A DNA stretch of 64,000 nucleotides from an uncultured Dehalococcoidia bacterium (GTDB lineage Bacteria; Chloroflexota; Dehalococcoidia; Lucifugimonadales; UBA3495). The notes beneath the pieces are model-generated. The model saw only the letters and a list, made by a program, of their open reading frames with translations. It was not told where the DNA came from and did no database searches. The DNA lies in the NCBI GenBank assembly GCA_950072105.1, contig CATMOE010000001.1:1-64000 (forward strand), in the 5' to 3' direction. The position numbers and the translations under genes were made by a program. Positions 31,191 to 41,519 of this stretch are shown piece after piece (within the stretch, counting starts at the first letter, position 1; each line of letters starts with the position of its first letter).

Positions 31191-31676
31191 TTAATCTGAA
31201 CTGGGATTATACCAACGGCTCCGGTAGAACATCAGTGGTTGACCGGCCTCGTTTTGCTGAATCTCTTCGACTTCCCCTAGGAAAATCGTATGGTCCCCGT
31301 AAACATGCGTCCCAATTACATGGCATCCCAAAAACACCATGGAATTGTCCAGATAAGGCACGCCATCTTTACCCGGTAAGTAGTGAACCTCGACGCCATC
31401 CTCCCGGTCCTCCGGGCGTTTGGCAAAATAAGCCCCCAGCTCCTCCTGCTCCTGACGCAGGATATTGACCCCAAATCGTCCAGACTTTTCTAGAAATCCG
31501 AAAGTGTTCGTGCTATGCGCGACACATACCAGCACTACCGGCGGCTCCAAACAAACCGACGTAAATGAGTTCGCGGTCATCGAGTGAGGCTGGCCGTTAT
31601 CGTCCACAGTGGTAATAACCGTTACCCCGGTGGCAAAATGACCTACCGCAGCCCTGAATTCATCCTTAGAAACCAA
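31191..31676 (-). CDS. Flavin reductase-like protein
   Basis: FATGVTVIT, TANSFTSV, GDHTIFLGEV. Confidence 0.92.
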   Translation of the reverse strand: MVSKDEFRAAVGHFATGVTVITTVDDNGQPHSMTANSFTSVCLEPPVVLVCVAHSTNTFGFLEKSGRFGVNILRQEQEELGAYFAKRPEDREDGVEVHYLPGKDGVPYLDNSMVFLGCHVIGTHVYGDHTIFLGEVEEIQQNEAGQPLMFYRSRWYNPSSD

Positions 31677-31840
31677 TGCGCAATCCTTCTCGGGAGTTTT
31701 CCAACATTATAATCACTCGCCGGTCTGCGTGCCACCTCGAACGCCATCCTGATACACGGTTTATCTCACTGGTGTCCAAGCAAACTCTATTCATCTAAGG
31801 GAAACCCGCGCATCGGAAGCCTGCGGCCCGGGCTTCCCAA

Positions 31841-32824
31841 TCATGCTGGCAAAGACGTAAAAGGGTGGAAACAGCGGGCTATTTCATCCGGAGGACAGTC
31901 CTTCGCCTTAAATGGGTCCAACTTCATGACCGTGTTCGTCGGAATCATCCCCGAAAACAAGTGAGGATGCGTTAGCTGGGCTAATATCTCCAGCCCGTAA
32001 ATCACCCGTGGACCGGGACAACTGAAGTATACGTGGTCTATCAAGTAGACCTCTCCTGACCGTACGGCGGGCATATCCAACCAGCCATCTTGGGCGGCCA
32101 GCCAGGGGACCTCACGAAGTCCGCGGGCCAAGTCAGATGAACAAAGATCGATATAAAGCTTCTCCGGAGCGTAGTTTCGGATCTCTTTCCAATCCAGACG
32201 GAGGGCAGGAGAGCCGGGAGGATAAGGGCCCCGCGCCCCACCAGCTCGCTCAAGGAGATCGGGTATCCAGTGGCCGCCAATCACAATGGGATCGATCCCC
32301 TCCAAGGAAAAAACCCTGGGCCGGTATCCCACCGAGTCCAAAGTTTCCTCAACATCCCGGACCCGCTTCTTGAGACCATCTACCAGAGCCGCTGCCGCGT
32401 TGCCGGCCCCGCAGACCTCCCCAACTTCACTTATTGTCTCAAATATCCCGAGTAGCGTCTTCGGTTGCAGCACAACTACTCTGGGTTGATGGGACAAGCC
32501 TTGAAGGGCTTGATCCACCGTCGCGGCGTCGACTTCGCAGAAGTAACAAAGGTCCTGGGTCAGCACCACGTCCGGCGGATTGGTGGATAACCACTCTTGA
32601 TCGAGTTCATAGGGACTGTCTCCGGCGGCCAGGATCCTATTGATCTCTTCTTCGACTTCGTTGCTGGACAAAACGGAAACGTCAATCTTGCTCCGGCTCA
32701 CCACGGGCTTGGATCGAGCTTCAAGGGGATAGTCGCACAGATCGCTTACGCCGGTGATAAGGTCGCCCAAACCCAGAGCGAAGAGAATCTCAGTGCCGCT
32801 GGGCAATAACGAACAGATTTTCAT
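31841..32824 (-). CDS. BtuF-like cobalamin/Fe-complex binding protein without signal peptide
   Basis: MKICSLLPSGTEILFALG, TQDLC..C, GGHWIPD, FSCPGPR. Confidence 0.8.
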   Translation of the reverse strand: MKICSLLPSGTEILFALGLGDLITGVSDLCDYPLEARSKPVVSRSKIDVSVLSSNEVEEEINRILAAGDSPYELDQEWLSTNPPDVVLTQDLCYFCEVDAATVDQALQGLSHQPRVVVLQPKTLLGIFETISEVGEVCGAGNAAAALVDGLKKRVRDVEETLDSVGYRPRVFSLEGIDPIVIGGHWIPDLLERAGGARGPYPPGSPALRLDWKEIRNYAPEKLYIDLCSSDLARGLREVPWLAAQDGWLDMPAVRSGEVYLIDHVYFSCPGPRVIYGLEILAQLTHPHLFSGMIPTNTVMKLDPFKAKDCPPDEIARCFHPFTSLPA

Positions 32825-32881
32825 CTCCAGGAAACTCTCCGATGTACCTGGTTACGGGTTTAGGTCACCCATGGCCGATAT

Positions 32882-34165
32882 GTGTTGTATTATAGCTACT
32901 TGACGATGTCGCCACCAACATCCAACAATTGGACCAACCTGGCATTGCTGAGGCTAAACGCCTTCGGCGTGGGAATAAACGGTTTTTACCTGGCTATCGA
33001 TACCGTGGTTCTGCCAGTCTTGGTCCTGATTCTGGCCCCGGAGGCACTGAAGAACACTTATCTTGCGGCCCTTGGGCTCTCCGGGCTTTTGGTGGCGGGA
33101 GTGATTCAAGTTATCGTGGGCCGTCTTAGCGACCGGACCCGATCGCCATTGGGGAGACGCGTCCCGTACCTTCTGGGCGGGAGCGTCCTCATCTGTTTGG
33201 GCATGGTCGGAATCGGCCTTGCTCCCACGTTTTGGCTTCTCTTTGCCGTCTGGCTGTTCATCCAGGCCAATATCAACGTTTCCTACGGTCCCTACCAGGC
33301 TCTGATACAAGACTTGGTGCCTGGGGCGCGAACTGGCGTAGCATCGGCCTTTAAGATTCTTGCCGACGTCGTGGGCGGCGTGGCTTTCATCAAGATCAGT
33401 ACAGTTTTCATGGGCCAGTACGCCTTTGGCGATTCCATCGAATGGCTCTGGATCACTCTAGGAGTGCTAGGCATAAATCTGCTTGTCGCCGCCGGGATCA
33501 CCTCGGCGACCGTCTTAACCAGACAAAAAAAACCGGGCTCCGTATCACGTGCCAACGGCCGTCCCGCCGCCCAAAGTTCTGGATTACACCCACAGCTCAC
33601 ACTATTCTTGATATCCCGGTGGTTCATGGTGACCGCCGTCATCGTGTTCCAGACCTATGGTCTCTTTTTCCTGAGAGATAAAGTAGGCCTGGAAACTCCC
33701 GTTCAAGCCTTAGGCAATATGGTCCTAGTGGTCGGTGGGGCGGTAGCAGCCGGGGCCTACCTGGCCGGTTGGTTCTCCGACCGGATAGGCCGCAAACCGG
33801 TTATTCTGGCAGGCGCCGCCGGCGCTGCCTTGAGCACTGCTACAATTTTGTTGGCCGGAAGCACGACGGAAGTCCTGGTGATAGCCACCTTCATCGGGTT
33901 TTCCGTTGGCGCTTTGCTTAGCTCCAATTGGGCGTTGGCCAACGAGATGGGGACGGCAGGAAAGGAGGCACTGCACATGGGTGTTGTGAACCTTGCCACT
34001 ATCGCCGGCGCTGCGTCAGCCAAGATGCTGGGCCCTGGAGTAGACCTGCTAAACCGAGCCTCCCCGGCCTCGGGTTACTCCGCATTACTGATTGGATGCG
34101 CTGTCATGTTCGTGCTGGGCGGAATCTTGCTTATGCCCCTCAAGACAAATTCCGATTCGACTTAA
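32882..34165 (+). CDS. MFS transporter
   Basis: GRLSDRTRSPLGRRVPY, GWFSDRIGRK. Confidence 0.88.
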   Translation: MLYYSYLTMSPPTSNNWTNLALLRLNAFGVGINGFYLAIDTVVLPVLVLILAPEALKNTYLAALGLSGLLVAGVIQVIVGRLSDRTRSPLGRRVPYLLGGSVLICLGMVGIGLAPTFWLLFAVWLFIQANINVSYGPYQALIQDLVPGARTGVASAFKILADVVGGVAFIKISTVFMGQYAFGDSIEWLWITLGVLGINLLVAAGITSATVLTRQKKPGSVSRANGRPAAQSSGLHPQLTLFLISRWFMVTAVIVFQTYGLFFLRDKVGLETPVQALGNMVLVVGGAVAAGAYLAGWFSDRIGRKPVILAGAAGAALSTATILLAGSTTEVLVIATFIGFSVGALLSSNWALANEMGTAGKEALHMGVVNLATIAGAASAKMLGPGVDLLNRASPASGYSALLIGCAVMFVLGGILLMPLKTNSDST

Positions 34166-34864
34166 ACTTTTTATTCCACCTCGGTTCAACCACTGGGAAA
34201 CCTACTTGCCCGCTGCACTTCATAGATGCCTGTTTGACTGATTCTGCCCCTCTTTGAGCGATTCTCAAAAACCAGCAACCTACAGGCCCCGGGCTCCCCT
34301 CATTTGAATCCGCTCCAAGGCGCTCTTGCAGAATTTGGCGGGCCAATCACACCCCAATGTTCTCTGGTGACCAGTTGGTGACCCAGATGAGTACACTGGC
34401 CCAGAAATTTCAATATGATTCGATGTAAATGTCCCCAGGCCGCCATCCTAATGCTGAGATATGGACCATAGTGATCATAGGCAGACCGCACAATCGGCAT
34501 AGGGTTTATGCACAATTGCCTTGGATGAGGCATTTGTATCTTAGCCGATGGGCCGGTACAGGAAACCCCTGTCGCTAGCCGTTGCCATCGAACTCCGATG
34601 AGCCTGGAACCCTGCGCGGCGCCCTCAATTTCTGGCGGACCTTACCGATGACAGCCGGGCGCAGGCCCTTGAAAGGAGTTTAGAATTTAGATCTGAATCA
34701 GGGCTACCTCCGGTTCCATGGCTTGGAAGGTTCCTTTGGTTATCTCTAAACGCCGGGCGGCATCACGGTGCAATTCGGCTAAATCATCTACCTTGATCCG
34801 CCATCGTTCCTATCGGAATTTTGGCGCGGATCGCCAGCATTTACTTTGGCCTGGCAGGTGGAAA

Positions 34865-35098
34865 TTGAGCTCGGTACGCGGAACACTCTCTTTAACCGAC
34901 CGGGAACGCGATATAGTGCGCCTCTTGTTTGAAGGTTATACGAACCGGGAGATGGGTGAGAAGTTGGGGGTGAGTTGGCTAACGGTTCGTAACCACATCA
35001 GCAGGCTGCTGGTGAAATTTGAGGCGAAAACTCGCACCGACCTGCTTGCCCGGTTGGTGGCCCTGCGACGCTTAAGACACCGACAATTAATACCTTAG
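34865..35098 (+). CDS. Stand-alone LuxR/GerE-type HTH regulator
   Basis: LTDRERDIVRLLFEGYTNREMGEKLGVSWLTVRNHISRLLVK; likely TTG start 34865. Confidence 0.85.
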   Translation: MSSVRGTLSLTDRERDIVRLLFEGYTNREMGEKLGVSWLTVRNHISRLLVKFEAKTRTDLLARLVALRRLRHRQLIP

Positions 35099-35466
35099 AG
35101 ATAAGGCTCCGCCAGATGTATATGTGAATTTAGGTACATTTGTCATCTACTCAAGGTTAGATTGCCCGATTATCATAGTAGCCGATGCCTGAAGCTCAAT
35201 CGGGGGCATAGAAGGGCAGGGAATTGCATCCAGGGTGCAATTCCCTATCAGCGAAACTAGCAAGATCTGGGGAAATCCAATGATCGATTCCCCTGATTGC
35301 CGGTGTAGATTTGGGCCAAACGACCGCTTCTTGATGTTGGCGTTTCCCCGGCTCTTCAATGGAGAGTTACTCATTTAATGATCTTCATGCCCGCAAATAA
35401 ATCCCTCAAGAGGCTCTCAGAGTCGCGGCAGACTAGGACCCGGATGCCCGTACAAGACATGCCCCG

Positions 35467-35677
35467 ATGATTGATTCGGCGATATATTTGATAACAAGTC
35501 AATTGAATCAATATCTGAGAAGGACTTTCAATCTCACCGAAGATATCGTCGCAGTGTCTAATATTTTAGAACAGGACGGTACGGTTCCTCCTCACGTCGA
35601 TAACAAGCTGGTCGCGTTTTTGGTGAACATCGAGAAGGATCAATTCCCGCACCGCGGCCCATCTAACGGCAACACGG
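35467..35677 (+). pseudogene. Truncated DUF4255 (Pvc16/Afp16 N-terminal-like) gene
   Basis: MIDSAIYLITSQLNQYLRRTFNLTEDIVAVSNILEQDGTVPPHVDNKLVAFLVNIEKD; recognisable similarity stops before the IS end. Confidence 0.7.
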
Positions 35678-35729
35678 TAGGAGCGGGACTCTCTCTTAGC
35701 TACCTGTTCAAATTTCCCAGACCACCTCA
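35678..35729 (-). mobile_element. Solitary IS3 left-end remnant (52 bp)
   Basis: 51/52 identical to 279-330; no transposase follows. Confidence 0.92.
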
Positions 35730-36519
35730 TTACAACGTTGTTGTCGTAGATAAAATGAGCTTTAGCATCCAAAAGGATTTACTCACCGAGCGAGGAAAAT
35801 TGTACCTCGACATTCTTCCAAACGACCCGATGGAGATGAAGCAGGCGCTCATTGATTTTAAGAATGCCGAGAGAATAAAAAGGGAACCAAGTATTGATGC
35901 TATCACTCTTTTCCATCAAGCTCGATTGCTTACCCATAGTGCTCGGTTGCTGGCCCGTGCAGGGCGATTGGATGACAGTGAAACGCAATGGAACCAAGTA
36001 GTCGCGAATTTGAGCGAACTTATAAACCTAGACCCAACCTTCCGCCGTCGCATCACCATTGAACCTCTTTTCAAAGAACGTATAAATAATCATGAATTCG
36101 TGGAATTATTACAGAAAGCGGAATCAATCTCCTTATCAAAATCAAAAAACCTGGCCGAGGTGAAAATGTCGCTGGGACGGGAATTGGCGCGAAATGGAAG
36201 GCTAGAGGAGTCGTTGGAGGCATATTATGACGCTGTTCAGGCGGACCGATCATCAACTTTGCATCGCTCCAACTTGGCCAGGGCATATCTCGCAGTGGGT
36301 AAGCATGACCCAGCAATCGAGCAGTACGAAGCAGCCATCTACCTCAATTCTAGCTACGCATCGGCTTACTGTAATCTCGCACTTCTATATAAGTCCTTGT
36401 TGATGACGGACTATGCTCACGCGAATTGGGAGGAGTGTGTTCGTTTTAGTCCAAAATCCGGAATAAGAAGTCACGCTCAGAAAGAATTGAAAGATCTAGA
36501 CGCAGTTCCCAACAGCTAA
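35730..36519 (+). CDS. TPR-repeat protein (C-terminal part of chimeric ORF 35467-36519)
   Basis: SLGRELARNGRLEESLEAY, SNLARAYLAVGKHDPAIEQY, AYCNLALLY; AT-richer DNA. Confidence 0.75.
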
Positions 36520-36631
36520 TTTGCCGCGCCCTGCGGAGCGCAAGTTTGCCTATAAAGACGTCTTGCCCTGAATCGAGGAGGCACAGCCCAGCCCAGCCCT
36601 TCAACGTGTTCGCAGCAGGAGAAGTTGCCCC

Positions 36632-37387
36632 CTACTTCGCCCCCAGCGTTCTATTAATAAACCCGACTGCCCCTTGGGCTACCCAGGCGTTCCAGGAGGT
36701 CATGACAAAGCGGACTCCCTTTTCCACGTAGGAGGCCACGTTTTCATCGTTGACCAGGGTCCCCGGTGTCTTCCCTGCGGCGACTATTTTGGCGATAGCA
36801 TCGTCGATCGCCTTCTGTACATCAGGATGGCCCGTGTTGCCGATGTGACCCATGGTCTGAGCCAGATCAGACGGCGCGACGAAGAATACGTCGATGCCGT
36901 CAACGGTCAGGATATCGTCCAGGTTGCTCAGGGCCACGGCTTCCTCTAATAGCACGATCACCATCGTCTGGTCATTGGCCCGCTGGAAATAATCGGTAAC
37001 GCCGAATGACTGGCGGCCGCCGAACATCCCTCGATAGCCCAAGGGAGCGTATTTGGCCGATTGGAAGGCCTTTTCAGCCTCCTCCTTCGTGTTCACGTGA
37101 GGCACCACGATTCCCATGGAACCACGGTCCAACGTCCGGGTAATCAGCCACGGCTCGTTAGAGGTAACCCGGGTGATTGGGGTCATACCCCAAAGGTCGC
37201 AGGCCCTCGTCTGGTCCCCCAATTGGTCCCAGGTAGGACCACCATGCTCCATCTCTATCCAGGCGGCGTCGAACCCCAAAGGTCCGAGAAAGTCGATGTT
37301 ATCGCTGGATTGCAGACCGGATATGGTGGTGACAACACCGCCCTCTCCCAGTTTTTCTTTGGCTTTATTTGGCCTTATCCCAGGCAT
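36632..37387 (-). CDS. HpcH/HpaI aldolase family
   Basis: WIEMEHG, LDRGSMGIVVPHV, YAPLGYRG, VAPSDL. Confidence 0.9.
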   Translation of the reverse strand: MPGIRPNKAKEKLGEGGVVTTISGLQSSDNIDFLGPLGFDAAWIEMEHGGPTWDQLGDQTRACDLWGMTPITRVTSNEPWLITRTLDRGSMGIVVPHVNTKEEAEKAFQSAKYAPLGYRGMFGGRQSFGVTDYFQRANDQTMVIVLLEEAVALSNLDDILTVDGIDVFFVAPSDLAQTMGHIGNTGHPDVQKAIDDAIAKIVAAGKTPGTLVNDENVASYVEKGVRFVMTSWNAWVAQGAVGFINRTLGAK

Positions 37388-37659
37388 TGAACAACTCCAA
37401 GCAAAAGATTTCCAGAGCACTAAATAGCCGGCGGAACAGATCAGCCGTGGCCGGCCGGCCGCACCAGTTTAGCAGAGCGCCTTTAGGAATGTAACGAACC
37501 AGCAGATGCGGCCGTGAATCGACGACTTGGAATGGACTTTTGCCGCCGCTGGATGCTACACTTCCGGTGTCTGGCTATGTGCCTGTAACACTCATAATCA
37601 CCCGTACGGTTCGCCTTGTCCGCAGCCGGACTCCTCATCTTTAAACCGGAGGGACCCAG

Positions 37660-38919
37660 ATGTTAATCGGACACTTCACCGAGCAACCCTGGCAGGACCA
37701 AGCTTCAGGACTGATGGGAACCCAGAGTACCGACCTGAGCATCAGCAACTCCCTCTATGACCCCGCCGTGGGCGCTCAACTCTACAACCGGTACTTGGAT
37801 GAAAAGGTTTACGCCGAGGAAATGGGGTTTGACGGCCTGGTGCTCAACGAGCACCACAGCACTCCCTTCTGCATGCAGGGAGTTACCAACGTCGGAGCGT
37901 CCATCCTGGCCCGAATCACCAAGAAAGTAAAGATAATCATATTGGGCAACGTTCTGCCCATATGGGACGACCCTCTTTGGCTGGCCGAACAGCTGGCAAT
38001 GATCGACATGATTTCCAATGGACGTCTAGTTTCCGGCTTCGTCCGGGGCGGTGGGCGCGAGAGCTTTGCCCACAATTCCCCTCCCCATTACAACCGGGAA
38101 CGGTTCGAGGAAGCCCACGACTTTATTGTTAAAGCCTGGACCGATCCGGGCCCATTCCGCTGGGAAGGAAAGCATTTTCACTATCGTTATGTCAACCCTT
38201 GGGCCAAGCCCTTGCAGCAACCCCATCCCCAGATATGGATACCGTCAACAGTAAGCATCGAGACGGTCAAGTGGACGGCGCAACACCGGTACCCTCTGGT
38301 ACTGCTGGCCACCAAGCTGGAGCCCACCAAAGAGGCTTTTCAGCTTTACCACGACACTGCGGCTGAAGAAGGATACGTATCCGGCACTCAGAACGTTGCC
38401 TATTTGTGGAAGGTACACGTCGACGAAACGGAAGAGAAGGCCGAGGAAGTGGGCAGAAAGTTCCTGTCCGGAGTCAGCAACCCCTTCCTCTCCGGTAATG
38501 AGGGGCAGGTCAACCCGGCAATCATGAATCTCCCGGGCCATACGTCCAGAAACTCTCGACGATTGGCTGCGGCGGCTTTCGGCCCTCGAGGCCGATTCGG
38601 AACCAACCGGCGCCCGTTTGAGGAGCAGGTCGCCGACAACACCATAATCACCGGAACGCCAAAGACTGTACTGCCTAAGATTCGTCACGTGCTAGAGTAC
38701 CTGCGGCCGGGGAGCATCTTCTTCTGGGATGGCGACGGCTCAATGACCCATGACGACTCCATGCGCAGCCTCAGATTGATGGGCGAAGAAGTCATCCCGG
38801 CAGTGCGGGAAATGGGCAAGGAGTTGGGGCTGAATGGGCCTTTCGAGGTGGATTCAGCCACCGGCAAACCGTACCAGGATACCCTCGCGGCCGCCCAAGT
38901 GAGCCAGACAGCGGATTAG
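37660..38919 (+). CDS. LLM-class flavin-dependent monooxygenase
   Basis: LNEHH, DMISNGRLVSGFVRG, PLQQPHPQIW. Confidence 0.92.
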   Translation: MLIGHFTEQPWQDQASGLMGTQSTDLSISNSLYDPAVGAQLYNRYLDEKVYAEEMGFDGLVLNEHHSTPFCMQGVTNVGASILARITKKVKIIILGNVLPIWDDPLWLAEQLAMIDMISNGRLVSGFVRGGGRESFAHNSPPHYNRERFEEAHDFIVKAWTDPGPFRWEGKHFHYRYVNPWAKPLQQPHPQIWIPSTVSIETVKWTAQHRYPLVLLATKLEPTKEAFQLYHDTAAEEGYVSGTQNVAYLWKVHVDETEEKAEEVGRKFLSGVSNPFLSGNEGQVNPAIMNLPGHTSRNSRRLAAAAFGPRGRFGTNRRPFEEQVADNTIITGTPKTVLPKIRHVLEYLRPGSIFFWDGDGSMTHDDSMRSLRLMGEEVIPAVREMGKELGLNGPFEVDSATGKPYQDTLAAAQVSQTAD

Positions 38920-38985
38920 CACTCGATCGACAGCCCCATACGCAGCGCCGACGAGTGGCGCATTCTCTGATGGGAGATCTTGCCA

Positions 38986-40179
38986 ATGGCCGAAACGGCA
39001 GATGTAGTTGTAGTGGGGGCCGGTGTCGTCGGATGTTCGGTCGCTTACTACCTGTCACGCCAAGGCGCCGACGTCAAGTTGGTGGAGCGGGAAGGTATCG
39101 GCAGCGGGGCCTCAACCCACGCCACCGGATTTCTCAGCCTTTTGGGCGCTGAATTTTCCCAAGGTCCATCCTTTGAATTCGCCCTGTCCGCCTACCGGGA
39201 GTTCCCGGATCTGGTGAAGGACCTGGAGGAATCAACCGGCATCGACCTACTCTACCAAAGACGCCCCTCGCTCAGGTTGGCGTTGGAAGAGGAAGAAGAG
39301 ACCCTCATCCGGGACCTCATGAAATGGCAGCAAGAATCGGTCTCGGTGAAGTGGATAGGGCCCGATGAAGTCCATGCAATAGAACCCCGCCTTACACCCC
39401 AGATCCGGGGTGCCGCCTACGAGAACGAATCAGCCCAATTGGACAGCTACCGCTTGACCCTGGCCTTGGCGCAATCCGCCGAGAAGCGAGGTATGGAGTT
39501 GCAACTCCGTCCCGTGACCGGATTGTTGCGAGACAACTCCCGAGTAACCGGGGTAAGCACCGCCACCGGAGACATCGTGTGCGGCACGGTGGTCATGGCG
39601 GCAGGCACGTGGAGTTCGTCCTTCGGAGAATCCATTAACTTCCAGATTCCGGTGCGCCCGTTGAAGGGTGAGCGCCTGATATTGCGCTTCGACGGTCCTC
39701 CTTTGCCCGTGTTGATCAGCTCTCCCAAGAGAGGCCACATGATCAGCCGGCTCGATGGAGTGCTCAGCGTGGGCAGCACCGGAGGCCGCGACTACGATCA
39801 GAACAACCTGTTCCTAGGAGAGGAATACGACAGCATTCCCACCGAGACGGCGAAACTCGAATTATTGCAAAGGGCCATAGATGTGCTGCCGGAGTTGGAG
39901 TCTGCCGAGTTGATACAACAACTGGCCGGTTCCCGCCCCCTGAGCCCCGATCGCATGCCTATTATTGGGCCTGTACCCGGTATGGATGGTATAGTGTTGG
40001 CCACGGGTCATTCCACCAAGGGAATCCACCTAGGTCCCATCACCGGACGCATAATAGCGGAGTATATACAATCGGGGTGTACCCGAATACCGCAAGAGAT
40101 GGAGGCATTTCTTCCCTCACGGTTTAAAACCGCGTCAGCGATCGACTTTCACGCCAGCGGGCAGCTGGTAGACGAGTAA
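38986..40179 (+). CDS. FAD-dependent glycine oxidase/D-amino acid oxidase family
   Basis: VVVGAGVVG, GSRPLSPD, PIIG, GHSTKGIHLGP. Confidence 0.9.
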   Translation: MAETADVVVVGAGVVGCSVAYYLSRQGADVKLVEREGIGSGASTHATGFLSLLGAEFSQGPSFEFALSAYREFPDLVKDLEESTGIDLLYQRRPSLRLALEEEEETLIRDLMKWQQESVSVKWIGPDEVHAIEPRLTPQIRGAAYENESAQLDSYRLTLALAQSAEKRGMELQLRPVTGLLRDNSRVTGVSTATGDIVCGTVVMAAGTWSSSFGESINFQIPVRPLKGERLILRFDGPPLPVLISSPKRGHMISRLDGVLSVGSTGGRDYDQNNLFLGEEYDSIPTETAKLELLQRAIDVLPELESAELIQQLAGSRPLSPDRMPIIGPVPGMDGIVLATGHSTKGIHLGPITGRIIAEYIQSGCTRIPQEMEAFLPSRFKTASAIDFHASGQLVDE

Positions 40180-40224
40180 CCCCGGACTAACCTACAAGTC
40201 TGTTTAGCTAAGGAGGAATTCACC

Positions 40225-40749
40225 ATGGGAATTGAGGTTAAAGGCATCGGACACATCGGGATCTTGGTATCCGACTTCGAAAGGTCATTCAAATTCTATA
40301 CCGAGACTATGGGGTGCAAGGTGACCAATCGCCGCAAGGGCGCCGACGGCAGAGAGACCGCGTTTCTCCGCTTCGACGAAAACCATCACGACTTCGTGAT
40401 CGCGACCGCTCCGGAGGGGGCCGACGTTACCTCCGCCCAAGGCGGGGACCGGTTGATTCAGCAGATCGCTTTCTTAGTGGAAGACCGGGAAGCGTACCTA
40501 GAGGCCTTGGCTCACCTGCATAAGCACGGCGTCAAGCCCGCCAGCAAAGTCTTGGTCCATGGCCCCGAAGGCGGCCAAGGCCAGGGAGTCAATGGCAGCG
40601 GCAGCCGCTCCTTCTACTTCTACGATCCGGACGGCAACCGGTTGGAAGTCTACTGCGACGCCGTTAAAGTAAGGAACGGGGAGCAGTTCCCCAGGGAAGA
40701 TATCGCGGAAGCGTTGATCGCCTTCTCCCAGGTGGAAGTAACACGGTAG
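40225..40749 (+). CDS. VOC/glyoxalase family (extradiol dioxygenase-like)
   Basis: GHIGILV, HHDF, YFYDPDGNRLEVY; AAGGAGG RBS. Confidence 0.9.
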   Translation: MGIEVKGIGHIGILVSDFERSFKFYTETMGCKVTNRRKGADGRETAFLRFDENHHDFVIATAPEGADVTSAQGGDRLIQQIAFLVEDREAYLEALAHLHKHGVKPASKVLVHGPEGGQGQGVNGSGSRSFYFYDPDGNRLEVYCDAVKVRNGEQFPREDIAEALIAFSQVEVTR

Positions 40750-40902
40750 GGACTGAATAGTACTCGGCATCGGGTTGCGGCTAACGCTGCTCCCGGTGGC
40801 GATGGGTCCTCCGGTCCACTATCTCCGGAACTTTAGAAGGTTGCCTAGCCCAAAGAATCACGTTGTCTAGCAAGTTAGAATCCGAATCGGGAGGATATTA
40901 TC

Positions 40903-41313
40903 ATGGCGAAGATCAAGCATATAGCGCTGACGACCAAAGATCCTAGCAAGGTTGCCGAGTTCTATAAAGAAGCCTTTGAGATGGTAGAGGTACGCCGTAG
41001 CGAGAACGGAGCGGTTTTCCTCTCGGACGGCTACATAAATCTGGCCATCCTGAACTATAAGACCGCAGCCACCGATGCCGACGTCGGACCCAACGGAGAC
41101 AATTACGACGGCATCCACCACATAGGCTTCAAAGTAGACGACCTGGATGAAGCTTGCGACCGGCTGGAGAAGGCCAAAGGCACGGCCATCACCACCAGAG
41201 AAGGGATGGACACCATGGCGCCCGGTTCCCCTCGCAACTTCGAGATGAAGTGGTCGGGGCCCGACGACGTGGTCATCGACATCTCCCACACCGGCTGGCT
41301 CACCAGCGAATAA
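40903..41313 (+). CDS. VOC family protein
   Basis: KHIAL, LSDGYINLAIL, GIHHIGF, GPDDVVIDIS. Confidence 0.9.
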   Translation: MAKIKHIALTTKDPSKVAEFYKEAFEMVEVRRSENGAVFLSDGYINLAILNYKTAATDADVGPNGDNYDGIHHIGFKVDDLDEACDRLEKAKGTAITTREGMDTMAPGSPRNFEMKWSGPDDVVIDISHTGWLTSE

Positions 41314-41341
41314 ACTGTTCTTCCCACGCCAAATGAAACCC

Positions 41342-41402
41342 GGCCCCGTCCAAACGGCAATGCGGTGTTATTACCGAGCCGTTGGCCGGGGTCTATTTTT
41401 TT
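41342..41402 (+). terminator. Rho-independent terminator
   Basis: Interrupted GGCCCCG..AACGGC/GCCGTT..CGGGGTC stem followed by T7. Confidence 0.6.
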
Positions 41403-41519
41403 GTATCATTCGACCAACCCTATTCTTTGTGAGCTTGTTAAACCACCGTCTTCCCGCCCTTCCTCAATTTCAACGTAAACTAAGAACTCAGCCAGCAAAT
41501 TACGAAACTAGGCGCCATC

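Noticed and set aside
34590..34682. Hammerhead-like CCGATGAG...GAAA segment
   Set aside because: Core deviates from CTGATGA and I could not build the three stems; needs an Rfam scan.
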